Translations under genes and position numbers: made by a program
The notes under the pieces: model-generated
Seen by the model: only the letters and a program-made list of their open reading frames with translations
Databases searched by the model: none
Told to the model about the DNA's origin: nothing
Shown here: in pieces, positions 18,871 through 26,095 of the stretch
Position numbering within the stretch: the stretch's first letter is position 1
Layout of the letters: each line of letters begins with the position of its first letter
NCBI GenBank assembly: GCA_016204255.1
Contig: JACQLA010000002.1
Coordinates: 1-45,154, forward strand
DNA from: Candidatus Microgenomates bacterium
GTDB taxonomy: Bacteria > Patescibacteriota > Microgenomatia > JACQLA01
Direction of reading: 5' to 3'
DNA length: 45,154 nucleotides

Positions 18871-19953
18871 CTAACGTAAACCTCCAGTTACTCTGACTTT
18901 TTCAAGAAGACTTTTATCCTCCAGGACCTTTCCGCAACCGCGCACAACACAAGTCATTGGGTCATCGGCAATCCAAACGGGAATCTTAATGGTCTCTGCA
19001 ATCAGCTTATCAATTCCCCGAAGCTGTGATCCGCCTCCGCAAAGAATAATTCCCTTTTCAAGGATATCCCCCAATATCTCCGGCGGAGTCTGTTCAATCA
19101 TCTCGCTTAAGGCTTCGATAATAACATTTACCACCGGAGCTAAAGCTTCGCGAATCTCGCCTTCAGTGATTTTTAAAGATTTTGGCAGGCCTGTTTCCAA
19201 ATCTCTCCCTCTGACTATAGCCACCTTTTCCCTTTTTTCTCCGTCACCACCTTTATCTATTTTTCCTCTCACACTGGCAGCGCTGCCAATTTGAATCTTT
19301 GCTTCTTCCGCGCTTCTTTCACCCAAAAGGAAACCGTATTTGAGCCTTAAAAAGTTGATAATTGCCTCATTCATTTCGTCTCCGGCAACTCTTAAGGACC
19401 GGTTTAAAACAATTCCTCCTAAAGAAATAACGGCCATTTCCGTTGTTCCGCCGCCAATATCCACAATAATTCCACCCGATGGCTCCTCAATTGGTAACCC
19501 GGCCGCAATAGCTGCGGCCATGGCTTCTTCAATTAGATAAGCCTTTCTGGCTCCGGCGGAAAGACATACTTCCTGAACAGCCCGCCTTTCGACCTCAGTT
19601 ACCCCCGAGGGTATGCCGACGACCACCTGTGGCCGTGGAATTTTAGGCATCCAGCTTTGAGGAGATTCATGAATCTTCTTAATGTAATATGTGAGCATAG
19701 CGGTAGTGGCATCAAAATCGGCAATCACCCCATCTTTTAAAGGCCTGAAGGCAGAAATCGTTGCCGGAGTCTTCCCCAGCATTTTTTTGGCCTCAGACCC
19801 GACCGCCAGGACTTGTTTGGTTTTTCTGTGTTGCGCAACCACTGATGGCTCGCGCACAACAACGCCTTTCCCTTTAACCAAAACCAGAGTATTGGCAGTG
19901 CCTAAGTCGATCCCCATATCATGAGAAAAAAGGCCTAAAAAGTAATTTAACAT
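18871..19953 (-). CDS. mreB: Rod shape-determining actin MreB
   Basis: GIDLGTANT, PLKDGVIADF, TEVERRAV, DIGGGTTE. Start at ATG 19953, 7 nt after TGtTAGAAT. Confidence 0.97.
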   Translation of the reverse strand: MLNYFLGLFSHDMGIDLGTANTLVLVKGKGVVVREPSVVAQHRKTKQVLAVGSEAKKMLGKTPATISAFRPLKDGVIADFDATTAMLTYYIKKIHESPQSWMPKIPRPQVVVGIPSGVTEVERRAVQEVCLSAGARKAYLIEEAMAAAIAAGLPIEEPSGGIIVDIGGGTTEMAVISLGGIVLNRSLRVAGDEMNEAIINFLRLKYGFLLGERSAEEAKIQIGSAASVRGKIDKGGDGEKREKVAIVRGRDLETGLPKSLKITEGEIREALAPVVNVIIEALSEMIEQTPPEILGDILEKGIILCGGGSQLRGIDKLIAETIKIPVWIADDPMTCVVRGCGKVLEDKSLLEKVRVTGGLR

Positions 19954-20035
19954 CGCCCTCATTCTAACATTTCGGCCTCCGTTTTCCAAGCCAGAAGAAA
20001 GCAATTATGGCTAATAATATGCTATACTAAATCCC

Positions 20036-22186
20036 ATGAAATTAGCCCGGGTCTGCGATAAAATTATTGAGTACTCATTTTACTTACTTTTCTTCCTCAC
20101 GCCCCTAGTTTTAACTCCCCTAAACTACGAGCTTTTTGAATTTAATAAATTGATGTTTGTCTATGTCGTTGCAGCCATTATTTTAACCTTCTGGCTGATG
20201 AGAGGTGTGATCGAAGGCGAAATAAGAATTCGGCGAACGCCGCTGGATAGCCCCCTCCTCCTTTTCCTTGCCTCTCAAATCATCTCGACCATTTTTTCGA
20301 TTGATCGCCATGTATCAATTTGGGGCTACTACTCCCGCTTCCACGGTAGCCTGCTTTCAACCATAGCCTATATCGCCCTTTATTACATCCTTGTCTCAAC
20401 TTTTAACAAAGAGAAGATTTTGCTCCTTTTACGCTATGCTCTTTTTGGCGGAGTAATAGTTGCCGGCTATGGAACCGCTGAACACTTCGGAATCGATGCT
20501 CAGTACTGGGTTCAAGATGTGCGTAATCGGGTTTTCTCTACCTTAGGCCAACCCAACTGGCTAGCAGCCTACACCTCAGTTTTAATACCTATAGCGATCG
20601 CCTTCGGTATTCAAAACTCCGTATCACAAACAAAAACCGGCGATAAGTATCAAATATCAAGCATCAAGTATTATTTATCAAAAAAGAATTTTCTACCTAT
20701 TATTTATTACCTATTACTTATTACCTTTTACTTAGCCTTGCTTTACACCCGCTCTCGCTCGGGATTTTTAGGGTTCTGGGGTGGAAATTTAATCTTTTGG
20801 GGAATTTTGCTTTTAAAATTTCGGGGGGGAATCTTAAAATGGTTTTTAATTGTAAATTGTACATTCTTAATTATAAATTTCTTCGCTGGTTCTCCTTTTG
20901 AACAAATCAATAAGTACTTTTCTCTCTCGGCAATCACTACCAACGGCTCCACCGCCCCCATCGCTCCTCCACCGCCCGGCGGCACGGAATCCGGGGAAAT
21001 CCGAAAAATTGTCTGGAAAGGAGCAGTCGATATTTTTAAACATTACCCGATTTTTGGTTCGGGAGTTGAAACATTTGCTTTCTCTTATTATCAATTTCGC
21101 CCGGTTGAACACAATTTAACTTCAGAGTGGGATTTTCTTTATAATAAAGCTCACAACGAATACCTCAATTTTTTGGCAACCACGGGAAGTTTTGGTCTGG
21201 GCACTTATTTATTACTAATAGGCTGGTTCATCGCATGGAATTTAAAATCTATAATTTATCATTTAAAATTTAAGAATCATAAATATGAAATAATAGATGA
21301 TAAATATTATTTATTACTTGCTTTATTTGCTGCCTATATTTCAATTCTTGTTTCCAATTTTTTTGGCTTCTCGGTTGTTATCGTCGGACTTTTCTTCTTC
21401 CTGATTCCAGCTTTTTCCTTTATTGCTTCCGAAAAGCCTAATAGACAAATTGCTTGGAGCGTTCCCTTAGTCCACAATCAAAACTCGCTGGGAGCAACTC
21501 AGTGGATATTAATGGCTGTCGTTTTTGTCATTTTTCTTTATGGAGTCACTTCCTTAGTCCGTTTTTGGATCGCAGATGTTTATTTTGCTAATGGTTATAA
21601 TCTCAATCAATCGGAAAACTACCAGGAGGCCTACCCCGCTCTCCAAACTGCAATCAGTCTTCGCTCTGGAGAACCTTTTTACCATGATGAACTGGCCTGG
21701 AGTGCATCGGCCTTGGCGGCCGAGCTGGCTCAGGAAAAAGAAGCTACGCTTGCGGCAATATTTGCCGATGAGGCGATCAGGGAAAGTGATCATGCCCTTA
21801 AAACCTCACCGAAAAATGTTAGTTTTTGGAAAACCCGTACCAAGGTTTTTTATAGTCTTTCTGAGATCGATGAAAGTTATAATCAGGAGGCACTAAAAGC
21901 AATTCTTGAAGCCCAAAAATTGGCCCCTACTGATGCAAAAATCGCCTATAATTTGGCAATCCTGCATGGTCGTGTCGGAGATGAACAAATGGCGGTAAAA
22001 ACCCTGGAAGAAACCGTTAGGCTCAAATCTGATTATCGCGACGCCCGTTTTGCCCTGGCACTATATTTAGACCTTAAAGGTAAACGAAAAGAAGCGGCAG
22101 ATGAGCTAAAATACATTCTTGAAAAAATTACTCCCAACGATGAACAAAGTATGGAAAAACTGAGAGAATGGGGAGAAAAAATTTAA
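20036..22186 (+). CDS. O-antigen ligase (Wzy_C)-family membrane protein with C-terminal TPR domain
   Basis: STLGQPN, TRSRSG, R..VW, PIFGSG, AHNEYL motifs, with helical TPR-like repeats at the C-terminus. Confidence 0.88.
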   Translation: MKLARVCDKIIEYSFYLLFFLTPLVLTPLNYELFEFNKLMFVYVVAAIILTFWLMRGVIEGEIRIRRTPLDSPLLLFLASQIISTIFSIDRHVSIWGYYSRFHGSLLSTIAYIALYYILVSTFNKEKILLLLRYALFGGVIVAGYGTAEHFGIDAQYWVQDVRNRVFSTLGQPNWLAAYTSVLIPIAIAFGIQNSVSQTKTGDKYQISSIKYYLSKKNFLPIIYYLLLITFYLALLYTRSRSGFLGFWGGNLIFWGILLLKFRGGILKWFLIVNCTFLIINFFAGSPFEQINKYFSLSAITTNGSTAPIAPPPPGGTESGEIRKIVWKGAVDIFKHYPIFGSGVETFAFSYYQFRPVEHNLTSEWDFLYNKAHNEYLNFLATTGSFGLGTYLLLIGWFIAWNLKSIIYHLKFKNHKYEIIDDKYYLLLALFAAYISILVSNFFGFSVVIVGLFFFLIPAFSFIASEKPNRQIAWSVPLVHNQNSLGATQWILMAVVFVIFLYGVTSLVRFWIADVYFANGYNLNQSENYQEAYPALQTAISLRSGEPFYHDELAWSASALAAELAQEKEATLAAIFADEAIRESDHALKTSPKNVSFWKTRTKVFYSLSEIDESYNQEALKAILEAQKLAPTDAKIAYNLAILHGRVGDEQMAVKTLEETVRLKSDYRDARFALALYLDLKGKRKEAADELKYILEKITPNDEQSMEKLREWGEKI

Positions 22187-22188
22187 AT

Positions 22189-22737
22189 ATGTTAAAAATC
22201 TTGCGCGCGCCACAGTCAATTTTATCTCAACCTGCAAAACGGGTTGAAAAAATTAATAAAAAGATCCTTGAGATTATCGATGAAATGAAAGTAGCGTTGA
22301 ATCAGCAAAGCGATCCGGAGGGGGTGGGATTGGCCGCTCCCCAAGTCGGCTACTCGTTAAAAATTTTTATCACCAAACCCACCTCAAAATCGGCCATTCG
22401 GGTTTTTATCAATCCGGAAATCACCTGGCTTTCCGACGATTTAACCAGTAATGATAGCGAGTCCAAAAATCCTCTTGAAGGCTGTCTATCCTTACCTAAA
22501 ATTTGGGGGCCGGTCCAAAGACACAAATCTTTAAAACTACGCTATCTAACTCCCGATGGTCAAAGTCATGAGGAACTTTTTAAAGACTTTTTGGCCGTGA
22601 TTATTCAGCATGAGATGGATCATTTGGAAGGCCGCCTTTTTACTCAAAGAGTCTTGCTGCAAAAAGGCAAACTTTATCAAACAGTTGGGAAAAATGAGGA
22701 TGGTAGCGATATTTTTGAAGAAGTGGAAGTGAGTTAA
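22189..22737 (+). CDS. def: Peptide deformylase
   Basis: GVGLAAPQVG, EGCLS, QHEMDHL. Confidence 0.97.
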   Translation: MLKILRAPQSILSQPAKRVEKINKKILEIIDEMKVALNQQSDPEGVGLAAPQVGYSLKIFITKPTSKSAIRVFINPEITWLSDDLTSNDSESKNPLEGCLSLPKIWGPVQRHKSLKLRYLTPDGQSHEELFKDFLAVIIQHEMDHLEGRLFTQRVLLQKGKLYQTVGKNEDGSDIFEEVEVS

Positions 22738-22738
22738 A

Positions 22739-23617
22739 ATGTTTCCTATCATTTTTTTTGGCACGCCAGATTTTTCCGCTAAAGTTTTAGAAAAACTTAT
22801 TTCAGCCAAAGGCTACCCTGTTGTCGCCGTTGTCACCGCCCCCGACCGCAAGGCCGGACGACACGAGATTCTTACCCCTACCCCGGTTAAACTTTTAGCT
22901 CAAAAAAACGGAATCCCGGTTTTAACCCCTGAAAAACTCGATGAGCAATTTATTCGCAATTCGATAATTTGCAATTCACAATTGGCTATCCTTGCCGCTT
23001 ACGGTAAAATTATTCCCCAAAATTTATTAAACTTACCCAAATACGGGTTTTTGAATATTCATCCCTCCCTTCTGCCAAAATACCGTGGTCCCTCGCCCGT
23101 CCAAACGGCCATTTTGGATGGCACTAGAGAAACCGGGGTTACTATTATGAAAATGGATGAGCAGGTCGATCATGGCCCGATCATTGCTCAATATAAGGAG
23201 GGTCTAAAACCGGATGACACCAGCGAAACACTTTTAAACCGTCTTTTTTCAAAAGGCGCGGATTTTTTAATCGACATTCTACCGAACTATCTTGAAGGCC
23301 GTATTCAACCCCAGCCGCAAGATCACAACCGGGCTACTTTCACCAAAATGTTTAAGCGCGAAGACGGCCATATTGATTTGGCCAATCCCCCGTCGCCCGA
23401 AATGTTTGACCGTATGATCCACGCTTACTACCCCTGGCCGGGAGTCTGGACTAAGTTAGGAATTAGGAATCAGGAATTAAGGATTAGTAACAAATTCATC
23501 AAATTCTTACCCGGAAAAATGATTCAAATTGAGGGTGGTAAACCGATGACTGTCAAAGACTTTCTCAACGGCTACCCCGAGGCCCAAGATTGGCTCTCCA
23601 AAATTTACCAGCTTTGA
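22739..23617 (+). CDS. fmt: Methionyl-tRNA formyltransferase
   Basis: FFGTPDF, NIHPSLLPKYRGPSP, ETGVT, follows def. Confidence 0.97.
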   Translation: MFPIIFFGTPDFSAKVLEKLISAKGYPVVAVVTAPDRKAGRHEILTPTPVKLLAQKNGIPVLTPEKLDEQFIRNSIICNSQLAILAAYGKIIPQNLLNLPKYGFLNIHPSLLPKYRGPSPVQTAILDGTRETGVTIMKMDEQVDHGPIIAQYKEGLKPDDTSETLLNRLFSKGADFLIDILPNYLEGRIQPQPQDHNRATFTKMFKREDGHIDLANPPSPEMFDRMIHAYYPWPGVWTKLGIRNQELRISNKFIKFLPGKMIQIEGGKPMTVKDFLNGYPEAQDWLSKIYQL

Positions 23618-23741
23618 AATTTATTACCTCTTTTGCTATACCCAAAATACTTTGATTCGTAACTGGTAAAATATTTTTTGGGTACAAAACCGTTCAACGA
23701 GAGTTGTAAATTCGAGTTAAATGGGTGTATATTGAATCCCT

Positions 23742-24161
23742 ATGAATCGTCAGGAAGAAGAAATCAGCCGTCGGGATTTTCTTGTTTATCATCTTAGTCC
23801 TGCTCTTGCAGGAGGAGGAATAGCTATCGCTATGGGCGGGGCACTAGAAGATTATAAAGCCCGCGTTACCGCAAAAGAAGATAGAAATCGGGTACAGAAA
23901 AATTTGCAGAACGAACTGGAATCTGCCTGCATACAGCTAACAAACAACGCTCAGCAAGAAGATTGTCTAAAAAAGGCTGGCGGCATAGTAAACGAAAGTC
24001 AACAATTTTTAACACGTTACGAAAAAGCGCGCTGGTATGAGCTTAGAGGTGATGAAGGAAAAAATTTTATACACTTCGGGGCTGCATTTTTCTGTGCAGG
24101 TATAATGATTAAAGCTGTAGATTTTATTATTCAAAGAAGAATCGCCAATCAGGGAAGATAA
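23742..24161 (+). CDS. Two-TM hypothetical protein with SRRDFL motif
   Basis: 139-aa ORF with two hydrophobic segments and a Cys pair. TTGTAA-18-TATATT lies 8 nt before the ATG. Confidence 0.75.
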   Translation: MNRQEEEISRRDFLVYHLSPALAGGGIAIAMGGALEDYKARVTAKEDRNRVQKNLQNELESACIQLTNNAQQEDCLKKAGGIVNESQQFLTRYEKARWYELRGDEGKNFIHFGAAFFCAGIMIKAVDFIIQRRIANQGR

Positions 24162-24166
24162 TTTGA

Positions 24167-24412
24167 TTAGCTTGCGGCAACTGATGTAGTCGCCTCAGGG
24201 GCAGTTTTTACACTTTCATTTTTAGCGGCGGCTTTTTCTTTCACCAATCTTAGGCATTTTGTGCAGAGAAACATTCTCTCCATCTTCCCGGCCACGTAAA
24301 TTCGTGCCCAATGAAGATTGGGTTTAAAAATCTTTCTTGTTCGTCTTTTGGAGTGAGAAACATTGTGACCGTATTGAACACCTTTGCCACATTTATCGCA
24401 TTTGTAAGCCAT
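24167..24412 (-). CDS. rpmB: 50S ribosomal protein L28
   Basis: MAYKCDKCGK..GHNVSHSKRRTRKIFKPNL...CTKCLR. Promoter TTGTCA-17-TATAGT upstream supports ATG 24412. Confidence 0.95.
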   Translation of the reverse strand: MAYKCDKCGKGVQYGHNVSHSKRRTRKIFKPNLHWARIYVAGKMERMFLCTKCLRLVKEKAAAKNESVKTAPEATTSVAAS

Positions 24413-24471
24413 AGTAATACCTTTTAAAAGCTGATATACTATAACATAGTAAGATTTTTTTGACAAGGATA

Positions 24472-24587
24472 AAAAATCCTAAAAGTCCTAAATAAATCCA
24501 AATTAACAAAATTCAAATTTTTAAAGGAGATTTTGAAATTAGAGTTTTGAAATTGTTTGGGATTTAGATATTAGTATTTAGAATTTA
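24472..24587. repeat. Degenerate AT-rich heptamer arrays in inverted orientation
   Basis: aaaatcct/aaattc-type units followed by ttttgaa-attagag-ttttgaa and ggattta-gatatta-gtattta-gaattt. Confidence 0.6.
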
Positions 24588-24592
24588 TTTTT

Positions 24593-25228
24593 ATGTTGCT
24601 TTTCCTTGCCGGTTTTGTCATTTTAATACTTTCTATTATTCTTCATGAAGTAGCCCATGGCTATGCCGCCAATTATTTAGGCGATCCCACCGCCCGTATT
24701 TCAGGAAGATTAACCTTAAATCCCATTCCTCATATCGATCCTGTAATGAGCGTTGCTTTACCGCTTATTTTGGTTCTTTCGGGTTCACCGGTTATTTTTG
24801 GTTCGGCCAAACCCGTCCCGATTGATCCATTTAACTTTCGGGAATCAAGAAAGGACATGGGCATCGTGGGTTTGGCCGGACCCGGCACGAATCTCGCCTT
24901 GGCTATTTTGGCCGCACTTTTAACCAAAATTTTACTCATTATCGACCCGCCTATTTATTATACTGAAGTCCCACTCGCCCTTTTGAGACTAATGGCCTTT
25001 TATAATCTTCTTTTGGCTGCATTTAATCTAATCCCTATCCCCCCGCTGGATGGCTCACGAATCCTGGCAGCCATTCTTCCTGAAAAACAGGCTCATTTTC
25101 TGGACTTCTTAGAACCATATGGAATTTTTATTCTATTCTTTCTGCTTCTTTTTCCCGTCGGCGGGTTTTCCCTAGGATATATGATTTTCAATCTTGTTTC
25201 TTTCTGGTTGCGACTTTTAGGTTTTTAA
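24593..25228 (+). CDS. Site-2 protease (M50 family)
   Basis: HEVAH, LAGP..N, FNLIPIPPLDG. Confidence 0.95.
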   Translation: MLLFLAGFVILILSIILHEVAHGYAANYLGDPTARISGRLTLNPIPHIDPVMSVALPLILVLSGSPVIFGSAKPVPIDPFNFRESRKDMGIVGLAGPGTNLALAILAALLTKILLIIDPPIYYTEVPLALLRLMAFYNLLLAAFNLIPIPPLDGSRILAAILPEKQAHFLDFLEPYGIFILFFLLLFPVGGFSLGYMIFNLVSFWLRLLGF

Positions 25229-25298
25229 ACATTAAATTTTAATTAAAATTTAATAGCTAAAAATGGCGATTTGGGCTTTCTGACGACCTCCACTATCC

Positions 25299-25327
25299 TT
25301 GACTTTAAGCGTAAAATGTGATAAAAA
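25299..25327 (+). promoter_or_regulatory. Putative promoter of the ncRNA
   Basis: TTGACT-17 nt-TAAAAA with extended TG. Confidence 0.5.
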
Positions 25328-25347
25328 TATCTTGCTAAAAGCAGTCT

Positions 25348-25507
25348 ATCCCTGCCGAGCACGTTTCAAAATTAAGGAAGTTTTTCCTCACAGACTCTCG
25401 AGACTTTGGGTTTGGGCGAAGTCCTCGTTTCGCTGAGGCGGGACAGGCAGCTCTCCCACTTTGAAGCTTCGGGGAAATACCCTTAGTTTGCACGACCTGG
25501 TGGGGAT
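25348..25507 (+). ncRNA. ssrS: 6S RNA-like structured ncRNA
   Basis: Rod fold by eye: ATCCCTGCC/GGTGGGGAT, CAAA/TTTG, ATTAAGG/CCTTAGT, TTTCCTC/GGGGAAA, then an unpaired central bubble (ACAGACTCTC vs CCACTTTGAAGCTTC) and an apical stem. Own promoter, no ORF. Confidence 0.55.
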
Positions 25508-25581
25508 TTTCTTAAAAACTCTTCGATAATATTTTTATGAGTCTTCAGTTTATTTAAACCCTCAATGCCTTCTCACCTCAA

Positions 25582-25610
25582 TTGAAATTAGTCTTTCATT
25601 TTACTATAAT
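25582..25610 (+). promoter_or_regulatory. Strong sigma70 promoter of the tRNA locus
   Basis: TTGAAA-17 nt-TATAAT. Confidence 0.75.
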
Positions 25611-25668
25611 ATTGAAGCTTGCAGAACTCCCAAAGTCCGGGGAGAAGTTTTAGTTAACCCATAATTTT

Positions 25669-25936
25669 GCCGGGGTAACTCAGTGGCCCGTCTCGAATCG
25701 GCGCTCGAGCCGAGGCGGATAGAGTAACTGTTTTTGCCCCAGTAAAATCTTGCCAATTTTGATAAAATTGGCTTAAATTCACGGGATCCCGAAATTTCAA
25801 GCCGACTTAGCTCAGTGGTAGAGCAACTGTTTTGTAAACAGTAGGTCGTCGGTTCAAATCCGACAGTCGGCTCCAAAAGTCGGCAGAAATTTCTGGGATA
25901 AACAGCAAGTCGTGGGTTCGAATCCCACTCCCGGCT
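25669..25936 (+). tRNA. Interrupted outer tRNA gene (Thr-like body), pieces 25669-25686, 25720-25736, 25899-25936; functional status unknown
   Basis: Acceptor GCCGGGG/TCCCGGC, D stem ACTC/GAGT, anticodon stem ACTGT/ACAGC, T arm GTGGG-TTCGAAT-CCCAC, T73. Insertions of 33 nt (D loop) and 162 nt (anticodon loop). Confidence 0.75.
25801..25875 (+). tRNA. tRNA-Thr(TGT), nested inside the outer tRNA
   Basis: Canonical cloverleaf: GCCGACT/AGTCGGC, GCTC/GAGC, ACTGT-TTTGTAA-ACAGT, GTCGG-TTCAAAT-CCGAC, T73, encoded CCA. Confidence 0.97.
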
Positions 25937-25975
25937 CAGCGATAGCAAAGCGGGATAAACAACAGAGATTAGAAG

Positions 25976-26058
25976 GCTGGAGTACGGAAGTAGACAAACC
26001 GACCTGACTGTAAATCAGGTGCCTCACGGCTTCGTAGGTGCAAATCCTGCCTCCAGCA
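25976..26058 (+). tRNA. tRNA-Tyr(GTA)
   Basis: GCTGGAG/CTCCAGC, CGG/CCG D stem, CCTGA-CTGTAAA-TCAGG, long variable arm, A73. Confidence 0.93.
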
Positions 26059-26095
26059 CCCAAGTCTAACTTGGAAAATGTCGACTTTAGATTGG

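Noticed and set aside
25865-25884. AGTCGGC duplication as a prophage/ICE att site
   Set aside because: Only 7 bp, copies 6 nt apart, better explained as a hairpin arm. No integrase in the window
25734-25898. Anticodon insert as a group I intron
   Set aside because: One register does give a U|...G| boundary, but after subtracting the 75-nt inner tRNA and simple hairpins there is no room for a catalytic core, and I see no P7-like elements
25604-26063. ORFs 25604..25948 and 25854..26063 (-)
   Set aside because: Antisense translations of tRNA genes
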